Part shown: positions 10,496-19,995 of the stretch, piece after piece
Position numbering within the stretch: position 1 is the first letter of the stretch
Layout of the letters: every line of letters starts with the position of its first letter
Origin: a bacterium
Lineage (GTDB): Bacteria > Electryoneota > Electryoneia > Electryoneales > Electryoneaceae
Assembly: GCA_963675295.2 (NCBI GenBank)
Contig: CAXXKJ010000002.1
Coordinates: 96,001-160,000, forward strand
Length of the DNA: 64,000 bases
Direction: 5' to 3'
The notes under the pieces: model-generated
The model's database searches: none
Seen by the model: the letters and a program-made list of their open reading frames with translations, nothing else
What the model was told of the DNA's origin: nothing
Made by a program: the position numbers and the translations under genes

Positions 10496-11563
10496 TCACT
10501 GCATCACGGGTTGGTTGACAGATTTCCACACACGGTCGGCGAGTTCGCGGAACACATCACCGATGGGGTTGTCCTGCGCGGCGGCGGGCTTGCCGGCGTC
10601 CGATCCTTCACGAATTTCCGACTGCAGCGGGATTTCGCCGAGGAACGGGACACGTTGCCGCAGCGCTTCACGGCGTGCGCCGCCGCTGGAGAAGATCTCG
10701 TAGCGTTTGCCGGTATCCGGCGCGAGGAAGTAGCTCATGTTCTCGACGAGCCCCAGCACCGGCACATCCACCTTCTGGAACATGCCGATCCCCTTGCGGG
10801 CGTCGATCAGGGCCAGCTCCTGGGGAGTTGTCACGATCACCGCGCCGGTAAGTTTCACCTTCTGCGCGACGGTCAGCTGAATGTCGCCGGTTCCCGGGGG
10901 CATGTCGAGCACGAGCACGTCGAGCTCGCCCCAGACGACGTCCCGCATCAGCTGTTCGACGGCGCTGGAGACCATTGGCCCACGCCACACCAGCGGGGTG
11001 TCGCTGTCCACCAGTACGCCCATCGACATCGCCTTGACGCCATACGCCTCCATCGGCTTCAGCTTGTTTTCGCCTTCCGCCGGTTCCGGTTCGTCACTCA
11101 GACCGAGCAGCATCTGCACAGACGGTCCGTAAATGTCGGCGTCCATCAGCCCGACCTTGAGCCCCAGTTTGCCGAGGCCGATGGCGAGGTTGGCGGCGAC
11201 GGTCGACTTGCCGACTCCGCCCTTGCCGGAGGCGACGGCGATGACATGTTTGACGGTCGGCAGCAGATCCGGCGCGTCGTTGGCTTCGCCGGCTCCGCTG
11301 TCCGCCTGCGGGTTGTGGTGGCTGACCTGGATGTCGACCGCTTCGATGCCAGCCTCGCTCAACGTTTTCCCGACCTCTTCCGCGACCTTCTGGCTGATGG
11401 CCTGGTCCGAGGTGGAAAACTCGAGCGCGACGGTAACTTGCGGCCCTTCGGCGTCGATACTGCGAACGATACCGAAGCTGACGATGTCCCGGCTGAATCC
11501 GGGGTACGTGATCTGCTTCAGCAGATCTTCGATCTCTTTTGCGTTCAACTGTTTGTTCGGCAT
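10496..11563 (-). CDS. apbC: Mrp/NBP35 Fe-S cluster carrier ATPase
   Basis: VASGKGGVGKST, DADIYGPS, WRGPM, DMPPGTGD and ENMSY motifs. Confidence 0.93.
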   Translation of the reverse strand: MPNKQLNAKEIEDLLKQITYPGFSRDIVSFGIVRSIDAEGPQVTVALEFSTSDQAISQKVAEEVGKTLSEAGIEAVDIQVSHHNPQADSGAGEANDAPDLLPTVKHVIAVASGKGGVGKSTVAANLAIGLGKLGLKVGLMDADIYGPSVQMLLGLSDEPEPAEGENKLKPMEAYGVKAMSMGVLVDSDTPLVWRGPMVSSAVEQLMRDVVWGELDVLVLDMPPGTGDIQLTVAQKVKLTGAVIVTTPQELALIDARKGIGMFQKVDVPVLGLVENMSYFLAPDTGKRYEIFSSGGARREALRQRVPFLGEIPLQSEIREGSDAGKPAAAQDNPIGDVFRELADRVWKSVNQPVMQ

Positions 11564-11862
11564 GGCACTCGTCTTCTGGTTTCACCTGACCGAGTATACG
11601 CACTTCGCATCAGGCCGTTTTTTGCACAGGGCATAAAAGGTAAGCTCCCGCCCGCCACGGTCAAACTCCGCGCCTCTGCCGGTGTTGTCCACCGGGGTTT
11701 TGCAGGGTGACGCGCGGTCGCGGCGTTGCTCTCCCGCCGAGTGAGTCGGAGTCCTTGTTTTTCGCACCGATACGTGCATTATCCACGTTTCAGATCCTAC
11801 CTTCATGGTTTGATGCCGCAAATGGCAAAAGGTGCTTCGTTGGACATTCTGGCCGCTCGACC

Positions 11863-13806
11863 ATGACCGTGAAGATTGAATGGGCAGACAGCCACTTGAA
11901 CCGGGACCAGCAGCTCGAGCTGTTGGCCACCGCCATCCGTGATGCACAGGAATCCATCGTCATTACCGACGCCCAGCTCGAACCGCCGGGGCCGCGCATT
12001 GTTTTCGTCAACCCCGCGTTCACCCGCATCACCGGTTATTCCACGCAGGAGGCGCTTGGCAAAACTCCGCGCATGCTGCAGGGACCGAAAACCGATCGTG
12101 GGATGCTGGACCGGCTGACACAAGCGTTGCACGAAACCGGCCAGTTCAGCGCGGTGGCAGTCAATTACCGCAAGGATGGAACCGAGTACATCGTGGAGTG
12201 GGACATCTCACCAGTGCGGGACAGTGATGGAAACATCACCCACTATGTCTCGATTCAACGGGACGTCACCGAGCGCAAGCACGACGAGGAACGGCTGCGC
12301 CGGTCCGCCGAAGAACTGAAGGAAGCCTCGCAGCTCGCCGCTCGTGCCCAGGAACAGGCGGAAGCGGCGAACGAAGCCAAATCCCGTTTCGTAGCGAACC
12401 TCAGCCATGAGTTGCGCACACCGATGACCTCCATCATCGGCTATTCTGAGATTCTGCGTGACGAACCCGATATGCCTGCCCAGTTCCGGGACCAGCTGAA
12501 CCAGGTCGTTAACAATAGCAAGCACGTGCTGACGTTGATGAGCGACATCCTCGATCTCAGCCGGATCGAAGCGGGACGGCTCCCGATCAAACCGGAACCG
12601 TTCGACATCGCGGAAGTGATTCGTGACGCCGTCGCCTCGCAACAAACCCAGGCGAAAGCAAAGGACCTGATCCTCGAGATCGAATCGCTTTCCGGGCTTC
12701 CACCCCGTGTCATGCTCGACCGTGCGCGGGTGCGTCAGATCATTTCCAATTTGCTCAGCAACGCAATCAAGTTCACCGACCATGGCGGCGTACGTGTCCG
12801 TACCCGTCACGAACCGGACAAGGGCCACATCCACATTGAGGTCGATGATGACGGCCCCGGCATTCCGCCGGATCAGCAGGACAAGATCTTCGACGTGTTC
12901 CACCAGGTCGGGATGAGCGAGAAGGAACGCACGGCCGGCAGCGGGCTCGGCCTCGCCATCGTACGCCAGCTTGCTCTCGCGATGGCCGGTGACATCAAGG
13001 TGCACAGTATTTACGGCCAGGGCGCAACCTTTACCGTCACCCTGCCGATCATATTCATGGCCCAGGGCGAGCGGCCGCGTCCAGCTCCAACCCCGCCGCC
13101 GGAACCGGTCAGCACCGCGCCGGTCAGCCTGCAGGGCATGCTGGTGATGGCGGTGGACGATCACGAAGCCAACCGTCTCCTGCTGGAGCATGTGCTGAAA
13201 CGTGCTGGCGCGGAAGTTGTGCTCGCGTCGGACGGCCTCGAGGCACTCGACCTGTTTGAACAGCAACCGGTGGACGCGATCATCCTCGACGTGATGATGC
13301 CGAACCTGGACGGGTACGAGACCGCCAAACGTCTCCGCCGTCAACAGGGCGGCGGGCGTGTTCCGATCCTGATGCTCACCGCGCATGCGATGGAAGGCGA
13401 GCGGCAGAAAAGCCTCGACGCCGGCGCGAATGGCTACCTCTCGAAGCCGTTCAACCAGAACGAGTTGACGGCGACCATCGCCCGTCTCGCCAACCGTCCC
13501 GACAATCCCGCGCCGGTACAGATGGATGATACCGACGACGAGCTGGACGAACTGATCGTCGAGTTCCTCGAACACCATCGCGGTGTTGTTAAGGGCTATC
13601 TCGACAACGTTCCGGACGCGGAAACGATGCAGTTCTGGGCGCATCAGCTCGCGGGCGCGGCGGGATCGTTCGGCTTCCCGGACCTCACCGACAAGGCTCG
13701 AGTCGTCGAGCGTGCGTTGATGGGCGGCGAAGCGGTCAACCGTCAGATCACCCGGCTGGAGTCGATCCACAACCGGATCCAGACGTTGCAGGCAGGGCTG
13801 AAGTAA
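11863..13806 (+). CDS. Hybrid sensor histidine kinase (PAS-HisKA-HATPase-REC-HPt)
   Basis: SHELRTPM, NLLSNAIKFT, DDGPGI and GSGLGL; receiver ILDVMMP; HPt WAHQLAGAAGSFG. Confidence 0.92.
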   Translation: MTVKIEWADSHLNRDQQLELLATAIRDAQESIVITDAQLEPPGPRIVFVNPAFTRITGYSTQEALGKTPRMLQGPKTDRGMLDRLTQALHETGQFSAVAVNYRKDGTEYIVEWDISPVRDSDGNITHYVSIQRDVTERKHDEERLRRSAEELKEASQLAARAQEQAEAANEAKSRFVANLSHELRTPMTSIIGYSEILRDEPDMPAQFRDQLNQVVNNSKHVLTLMSDILDLSRIEAGRLPIKPEPFDIAEVIRDAVASQQTQAKAKDLILEIESLSGLPPRVMLDRARVRQIISNLLSNAIKFTDHGGVRVRTRHEPDKGHIHIEVDDDGPGIPPDQQDKIFDVFHQVGMSEKERTAGSGLGLAIVRQLALAMAGDIKVHSIYGQGATFTVTLPIIFMAQGERPRPAPTPPPEPVSTAPVSLQGMLVMAVDDHEANRLLLEHVLKRAGAEVVLASDGLEALDLFEQQPVDAIILDVMMPNLDGYETAKRLRRQQGGGRVPILMLTAHAMEGERQKSLDAGANGYLSKPFNQNELTATIARLANRPDNPAPVQMDDTDDELDELIVEFLEHHRGVVKGYLDNVPDAETMQFWAHQLAGAAGSFGFPDLTDKARVVERALMGGEAVNRQITRLESIHNRIQTLQAGLK

Positions 13807-14267
13807 TGGCGATGGTAGCGGGCAGCCGTGCGGACAACGCGCTCGCGCTCGTCTTGAGCGCGGTGGTGGTCATCGCAGCGGCGGCGGTTGCGGTGGTGAT
13901 GTTCGCGCCCAGCGACCGGGACGCCGTCATTGACGCGTTGACCGATAAAGGCCAGGAAATCCTCGCCGCGGCCCGAACCTACCCCGAACGTTCCGCCCAG
14001 TTCCAGGACCAGATCCCCGAGGATGCGATGGGCGCCGCCGGCGCGCCGACGATGACCGGCCCGTTCACCGGCCTGCGTTTCGACCGCATCGGTTACTTCG
14101 ACCGCCTCAGTCAGGACGCTCGCACGTTGTACACCGAGATCGGCCGTTTCACGCTGAACGTCTCGCCCGACGGCCAGTCGTTCACCCTCACCGCCTACGG
14201 CGAACACGACGTCTCGGTGCATTGGGAAGGGCGGGTGGAAAACCCTGCTCCGGACGCAGAAAACTGA
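13806..14267 (+). CDS. Pilin-like protein with one N-terminal hydrophobic helix
   Basis: TAATG coupling to the kinase; hydrophobic N-helix then DRDAVIDAL...GPFTG...GRFTL...FTLTAYG, resembling FCB-group pilin-like proteins. Confidence 0.5.
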   Translation: MAMVAGSRADNALALVLSAVVVIAAAAVAVVMFAPSDRDAVIDALTDKGQEILAAARTYPERSAQFQDQIPEDAMGAAGAPTMTGPFTGLRFDRIGYFDRLSQDARTLYTEIGRFTLNVSPDGQSFTLTAYGEHDVSVHWEGRVENPAPDAEN

Positions 14268-14403
14268 TCGCGCGCGATCTGCCATTCCTCCTGACAGTTA
14301 TCCCCGCGAGCCGCGTGGTACCTCACTGGAAGATTGCGGCCGTGGATTGTACCTTGCCCGCCTGACAGCAAATTCAACGACGATAGAACGGTAGAGGGTG
14401 ACC

Positions 14404-16116
14404 ATGGCGAAGGTTGTCGAATGCGTTCCGAATATTTCTGAGGGACGCGACAAACACATCATCGAACAGTGCGCGAATGCCGCCGCGGCGGTGGACGGTT
14501 GCACGTTGCTGGACGTCGATCCGGGCGCAGATACCAACCGCACGGTGATCACATTGGCCGGTGAACCGGAAGCGGTGCTCGAGGGCGCGTTCCACTTGAT
14601 CGCGATGAGCCACAAGTTGATCGACATGCGCAAGCACACCGGCGAACACCCGCGTGCCGGCGCGACCGATGTCTGCCCGTTTGTCCCGGTCAGCGACATG
14701 ACGATGGATGAGTGCGTCGAACTCGCGAAACGGCTGGGCAAGCGTGTCGGCGACGAGCTCGATGTGCCGGTCTACCTATACGAATTCGCGGCGTCGAAAG
14801 AAGAGTGGCGCAACCTCGCCGTGGTGCGGAAGGGTGAATACGAAGCTCTGCCGAAGAAGATGGACGATCCGGAGTGGAAGCCGGATTTCGGTCCGCATGA
14901 GTTCCGCCCCAAATTCGGCGCGATCCACATCTCCGCCCGCAAATTCCTCATCGCCTACAACATCAATTTGAACAGCACGTACGCCCGTCTCGCGAAGGAC
15001 ATCGCGCTGAAGATTCGCGAACAGGGCAGCCTGCTGCGAGACCGCAAGCGTCAGATTGTGCGCAACGAAAAGGGTAAGGGCAAAAAGGTGCCGGGGCTGT
15101 TCAAGGCGTGCAAGGCGGCCGGTTGGTACCTCGCGGATTACCACGTCGCGCAGGTGACGATGAACCTCACCGATCCGGATGTCACCCTCCCACATCACGT
15201 CTTCGAGAAGGTGCGCGAGATGGCGCGTGACATGGGCACCCGTGTCACCGGCTCGGAAATCGTCGGCCTGATCCCGTTGCAGGCGATGCTCGACGCGGGC
15301 ACGTATTACCTCCAGAAACAGGGCCGGTCGTTGGCGCTGCACGAACGCGAGATCGTCCAGATCGCGATCCAGTCCATGGGTTTGAACGAGATCTCCGAGT
15401 TCGACATGGACAAGAAGATTGTCGAGTATGCCATCGCGGACAAGGGCGGCGCGCCGTTGGCGAACATGACGCTGATCGGGTTCAACGACGAGCTCGCGTC
15501 CGAATCCCCCGCCCCGGGTGGCGGTTCGGTGGCGGCGCTTGTGGGTTCGCTCGCGGCGTCCCTCGCGGCGATGGTCGCGAACCTGACCCACGGCAAGTTC
15601 GAATACGAAGACGCGTGGGACGAGGTCGAGGCCGCCGGCATCAAGGGCCAGGACCTGAAAGCCCGCCTGCTGCACGCGATCGACGCCGACACGGATGCGT
15701 TCAACGCCGTCATGGCGGCGAACCGCTTGCCAGACAAGACCGAGGATCAGGCGGCGGCCAAGGCGAAGGCGGTCGACGATGCGAACAAGACCGCGACGTT
15801 GATCCCGTTCAGCGTCTGCGAGGATTCGCTGGCGACGTACAACTTGATCGATGTCGTCGCGGCCAAGGGCAACCCGAACAGTGTCAGCGACGCCGGCGTC
15901 GCGGCATTCTGCGCGAACACGGCGGTGCATGGCGCTGCGTTGAACGTGCGCATCAACCTGCCAGGGATTGCAGATACGGCGTGGGCGGACGAAAAACGCG
16001 CGCAGGTCAAGGCGATGACCGACGAAGCCGACAAGCGGCTGCAGCAGGTTCGCGCGCAGGTCGACAAGGTGCTCGCCGAACAACGGAAGAAAGCGGAAGC
16101 GGACAACGACGACTAA
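14404..16116 (+). CDS. ftcd: Bifunctional glutamate formimidoyltransferase / formiminotetrahydrofolate cyclodeaminase
   Basis: VECVPNISEGRD and HPRAGATDVCPFVP; C-terminal SPAPGGGSVAA and GNPNSVSDAGV. Confidence 0.93.
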   Translation: MAKVVECVPNISEGRDKHIIEQCANAAAAVDGCTLLDVDPGADTNRTVITLAGEPEAVLEGAFHLIAMSHKLIDMRKHTGEHPRAGATDVCPFVPVSDMTMDECVELAKRLGKRVGDELDVPVYLYEFAASKEEWRNLAVVRKGEYEALPKKMDDPEWKPDFGPHEFRPKFGAIHISARKFLIAYNINLNSTYARLAKDIALKIREQGSLLRDRKRQIVRNEKGKGKKVPGLFKACKAAGWYLADYHVAQVTMNLTDPDVTLPHHVFEKVREMARDMGTRVTGSEIVGLIPLQAMLDAGTYYLQKQGRSLALHEREIVQIAIQSMGLNEISEFDMDKKIVEYAIADKGGAPLANMTLIGFNDELASESPAPGGGSVAALVGSLAASLAAMVANLTHGKFEYEDAWDEVEAAGIKGQDLKARLLHAIDADTDAFNAVMAANRLPDKTEDQAAAKAKAVDDANKTATLIPFSVCEDSLATYNLIDVVAAKGNPNSVSDAGVAAFCANTAVHGAALNVRINLPGIADTAWADEKRAQVKAMTDEADKRLQQVRAQVDKVLAEQRKKAEADNDD

Positions 16117-16400
16117 GATTGTCAACACTACGTGTGTAGTCATTTATCACCACCGGGCGCTGATGTACCCGGTGGTTTCGTATGTAAGCGAGAATCTTGA
16201 GTCTCTTTCGGATTTTTTGCGTCCGAAACTCAATCCATAAACGCAGAACGGCGCGCAAGAGGGAGAGCCCCTGGAGACGTGAAAGAGAGGCGCGGGGGCC
16301 TTAGGTATAGCAACCGCGTCAAAAATGGCTTAGGTTTGTCCCCGACAGCGCCCGGTGTATGTAGCCGGGGCACCAAGCTCTACAGGAAGTGAAGAGAAAC

Positions 16401-16607
16401 ATGCAGCAAGGTACCGTGAAGTGGTTTAATGAAGCCAAGGGCTTTGGTTTCATCGAGATGGAAGATGGCCAGGACGTGTTCGTGCACTTCAGCGCCATCG
16501 AAGGTTCCGGTTTCAAGACCCTCAAGGAGGGCGAGCCGGTCGAGTTTGAACTGCAGCAAGGACAGAAGGGCCCGGCCGCAGGTAACGTGAGGCGGCTGAG
16601 CGCTTAA
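16401..16607 (+). CDS. cspA: Cold-shock protein
   Basis: [15 protein letters not shown] and DVFVHFSAI (RNP1/RNP2). Confidence 0.95.
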   Translation: MQQGTVKWFNEAKGFGFIEMEDGQDVFVHFSAIEGSGFKTLKEGEPVEFELQQGQKGPAAGNVRRLSA

Positions 16608-16631
16608 TTCACATAGCGTTTAGAGTGCCTG

Positions 16632-16662
16632 GAGGCTGTTCCGAAACGGGGCAGCCTCTTTT
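16632..16662 (+). terminator. Intrinsic terminator
   Basis: GAGGCTGTTCC-GAAAC-GGGGCAGCCTC followed by TTTT. Confidence 0.8.
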
Positions 16663-16815
16663 GTTTGCAGGTGATTGCAGGAGTTTGCACCAGCGGGGAG
16701 AGCCGTACCAAAGAAAATGTTTGGAAACTCGAACAGGTTGTCGTAGTATATGGGCCTGATAGCCTCGGCTAGCATGCCGGGGCACTTTTTATTTTTACAG
16801 GAAGTGAAGAGAAAC

Positions 16816-17022
16816 ATGCAGCAAGGCAAAGTGAAGTGGTTTAATGAAGCCAAGGGTTTTGGTTTCATCGAAGCAGAAGATGGACAGGACGTTTTCGTGC
16901 ATTTCAGCGCGATCACCGGCGACGGCTTCAAGACTCTGCACGAGGATGAAGCGGTTGAGTTTGAACTGCAGCAAGGACAGAAGGGCCCGGCCGCAGGTAA
17001 CGTGAGGCGGCTTGGCGCGTAA
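16816..17022 (+). CDS. cspA: Cold-shock protein (tandem paralog)
   Basis: Same RNP motifs; shares the TACAGGAAGTGAAGAGAAAC leader and terminator with the first copy. Confidence 0.95.
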   Translation: MQQGKVKWFNEAKGFGFIEAEDGQDVFVHFSAITGDGFKTLHEDEAVEFELQQGQKGPAAGNVRRLGA

Positions 17023-17045
17023 GTATATAGCGCAGACCGAACGTA

Positions 17046-17078
17046 GAGGCTGTTCCGCAAGGGACAGCCTCTTTTTTG
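17046..17078 (+). terminator. Intrinsic terminator
   Basis: AGAGGCTGTTCC-GCAA-GGGACAGCCTCT followed by a T-run. Confidence 0.85.
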
Positions 17079-17192
17079 TGCCCGCCGAAATGGCTCTCCG
17101 AGTACAAATGTTCACTTTGGCTTACTGAACACTTGATCATCTTGTTTGTGTTGTGTAGCTTCTTCTGAACATTCGTGCAGGGGAGGGTCGCG

Positions 17193-17906
17193 ATGACCGA
17201 AACGGATGACCTGGTTGTTGAACAACCGCTGGGGACTCGTGCGCCGGATGTGCCGGTGTATGCGTCTGAGGCGAAAATCCGCACCGAGCGTGTCCTGATC
17301 CTCGGACGGACACGTGCCGGGCAGATGCTCTGCGTCGGCGGAATGACGGACGCCTTGTCCAACATCCGGCTCAAGCGGGACGAAAACCCGCCGCACTGGT
17401 ACGTGGAGGCATGCCCGTTTCACGTCGGGAACGTGTTCACCGTAACCTGCAGCGACAGTCCGGATCCAGCCAGCCCGCATCATCGTGAGGATGTCCGGGT
17501 ACATGTCTGGCAGTACGAGAAATCTCTCGATTCGGGCCAGATTGCCGCGACAATCGAGCGGACGGGACGGGTGCGTGAGGGACCGGAACCGTGGCTCGCG
17601 TTCCGCAAGGACGACAACACCGGCGTGTATTTCACCTTGACGGAAAAGGGATCGTGGGTGATTCCGAAATCGCAGCTCGCGCGTGCGCCGTGGTCTGTGG
17701 CATTCTGGCGGCCGACAGTCGATCTTCACTTCCGCGAGAAGTATTATTGGGGGCAGAGTCGATCACGGGAATACCGGATTCCGTATGTCGGAACCGACCG
17801 TCGCGTAGAGGTCATTCCGGCGGGGACACTGGTCCGGCTGTCAACATCGGCCTATTTTAAACCCGTCAATGGAGCGGCGTTGCAGCTTTCCGGGTGGTTT
17901 CTATGA
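17193..17906 (+). CDS. Dual-OB-fold domain protein
   Basis: VLILGRTR...LCVGG...NIRL, PHHREDV and a C-terminal LVRLSTS...LQLSGW pattern typical of the dual-OB family; ATGA overlap with the next gene. Confidence 0.7.
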   Translation: MTETDDLVVEQPLGTRAPDVPVYASEAKIRTERVLILGRTRAGQMLCVGGMTDALSNIRLKRDENPPHWYVEACPFHVGNVFTVTCSDSPDPASPHHREDVRVHVWQYEKSLDSGQIAATIERTGRVREGPEPWLAFRKDDNTGVYFTLTEKGSWVIPKSQLARAPWSVAFWRPTVDLHFREKYYWGQSRSREYRIPYVGTDRRVEVIPAGTLVRLSTSAYFKPVNGAALQLSGWFL

Positions 17907-18451
17907 GACCGTTGTACACCATCGGTATTGGCCGGCGCGAGGTGCCGGACCTGTTACGTGATCTGCAATCGAACGGGATCAGATTTCTGATCGACGTGCG
18001 CTCGCGTCCCTTCTCCGGGCACAAACCCACCTTCAACCGGGACGAGCTGAAGCAGGCGATCACTAGCGCTGGATTGAACTACGCCCATTGGCCGGCGCTG
18101 GGCGGGTTTCCCACCAGCGAGCATGTCATCCGGCACGGACATGTCGATTACCGCGACCTCGCCCGGCAACCGGAATTTCAGGATCACATTGACCGGTTGT
18201 GTGCCGGGCTGGAGGAGGACCAGGCGATCGCGATCCTGTGTTCGGAGGGCCGGCCGGAGGAATGCCATCGCAGCAAGTGCATTGGCGTGGAGCTGACCGA
18301 ACGGCAGGTGGATGTGTTGCACATCGACGCCGACGGCAGCCTGGTCACACAGGAGGCGGTGATGGGCCGGTTGACCAGGGATCAGTTCAGCCTGCCGGGG
18401 CTGGAACCGGTGATGCGATCAAAACGGAGCTGGGTTAATGGAACGGACTGA
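17903..18451 (+). CDS. DUF488 family protein
   Basis: LYTIG, LIDVRSRPFS, LGGFP and CSEGRPEECHRS motifs. Confidence 0.9.
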   Translation: MRPLYTIGIGRREVPDLLRDLQSNGIRFLIDVRSRPFSGHKPTFNRDELKQAITSAGLNYAHWPALGGFPTSEHVIRHGHVDYRDLARQPEFQDHIDRLCAGLEEDQAIAILCSEGRPEECHRSKCIGVELTERQVDVLHIDADGSLVTQEAVMGRLTRDQFSLPGLEPVMRSKRSWVNGTD

Positions 18452-18947
18452 GCTGGAGTTGTTCACCATCGGGGCGTACGGGTCCAGCGCCGACGACTTT
18501 TTCGCGAAGCTCCGGGAACACGATATTCCGGTGCTGGTCGATATCCGCTGGCGCCGGGGAATGCGTGGCGCGGAATACGCGTGGGCGAACAAATCCCGGC
18601 TCGAGGCGCGGTGCGAGGAGGAAGACATCATCTGCTGGCCGATCCAGCGGGTTGCGCCGCCGCCTGAGTTACGCGCGGTGCAGTACGCCGCCGACAAACA
18701 GGACAGGGTCGCGAAACGGCAACGCAGCACATTGAGCGACGATTTCCGCCAAGCCTACGAGCAGCAGATCCTTGCGACGGTGGACTTGGATGACGTTGTG
18801 CACGAAATCCGTGACCTTGCGCCACACCTGCACGATCCGGTCAAGGTATGTTTTTTCTGCGTCGAGAAGGAGGCGGAGGCCTGCCACCGGTCGTTACTCG
18901 CGGACGCTCTCGCCGCGCGGTACGGCTGGCCGGTGACCCATCTGTAA
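18438..18947 (+). CDS. DUF488 family protein (second subtype)
   Basis: LFTIG, LVDIR, APPPELR and CVEKEAEACHRS motifs; overlaps the upstream DUF488. Confidence 0.88.
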   Translation: MERTELELFTIGAYGSSADDFFAKLREHDIPVLVDIRWRRGMRGAEYAWANKSRLEARCEEEDIICWPIQRVAPPPELRAVQYAADKQDRVAKRQRSTLSDDFRQAYEQQILATVDLDDVVHEIRDLAPHLHDPVKVCFFCVEKEAEACHRSLLADALAARYGWPVTHL

Positions 18948-19047
18948 ACTGCGAGCCAGATTCTATCTCTTTTTGAAGAGCGGCTTGTAGGTTGCGTACC
19001 GGAGGAGTACGTCCCGTTGACGTACCGAGGTCCACCCGGGGGCAGTC

Positions 19048-19950
19048 ATGAATCGCCGAATCACTAGTTATCAGCCACGTTGGACCCTGTTCAATGTGGT
19101 GGCTGCGTTCCTGTTGAGCGCCATGCTGCTGTGGGTGGCCGCGTGTTCGTCAAGCGACGAAAACGACGAATCCTCCCCCACCGGCCCGAGCGGAACCTCC
19201 GGCATGGACGGAACCTTCTGGCTGGTTGACCTTGAGTCGCAGAACGATCTGGCGTCGGTGACGCCGGTCGAACGCGTACTGCCTGGCGACAAGATTTACA
19301 TGTTCAAGGACGACACGCTGCACATCAAATTGAAGGGCGGTTTTCACTCGTACCCGATTGAAATCATTGATGATACGCTATTCATCGATTACCAGTCGCC
19401 GACGCTGGAGCCACAGCCGTTCCTGATGGATGTTGACGGCGACACGATTCGTATTAAGCCTTCCGGACAGACGCCGGACTACCTGGCGGAGGTATTTGTC
19501 CAGCGGCCGGCGGATCTCGATCGCGATGACCTCGACGAACAGTTGCGCGAAGCGGTGGAAGCGTTTTGGGCGGATGCCGATTATCGTGAGCTGGAATACC
19601 TTGTCGCCTCGGACCCGGACAAGATCAGCGCCGGCCAGGTGTACACTGGCACCCGCGACGAATGGGCCGTGCTGGAGTGGTCCGAGAAACGGTCGTTCCT
19701 GCCGTGGACATTCGCGTATCCGTTGGAACGGTATCCCGGCGACGACCTCGCGATGTACGAATACAGCCGCAACATCGTGATCCAGCCGGAGCAATTTGGC
19801 TACATGTGGGCGGATTGGCTGGCGGATCAGACACCGTCCGAGGTGGTGGCGGCAGCGCGCGACAATGACTACAAATGGCCCGGCGGCAGCCCGGAATTCG
19901 AGGCGATCCTCGAGCTCTACGACACCGCGTGGACCTATCCCGAGGAGTAA
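19048..19950 (+). CDS. Hypothetical lipoprotein
   Basis: Lipobox VAAC followed by a Ser/Asp-rich linker; host-like codon usage. Confidence 0.7.
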   Translation: MNRRITSYQPRWTLFNVVAAFLLSAMLLWVAACSSSDENDESSPTGPSGTSGMDGTFWLVDLESQNDLASVTPVERVLPGDKIYMFKDDTLHIKLKGGFHSYPIEIIDDTLFIDYQSPTLEPQPFLMDVDGDTIRIKPSGQTPDYLAEVFVQRPADLDRDDLDEQLREAVEAFWADADYRELEYLVASDPDKISAGQVYTGTRDEWAVLEWSEKRSFLPWTFAYPLERYPGDDLAMYEYSRNIVIQPEQFGYMWADWLADQTPSEVVAAARDNDYKWPGGSPEFEAILELYDTAWTYPEE

Positions 19951-19995
19951 TCCTGCGCTGGTGCGGTGTCGGTCCGGCGGGACTATCTTCCCCCC

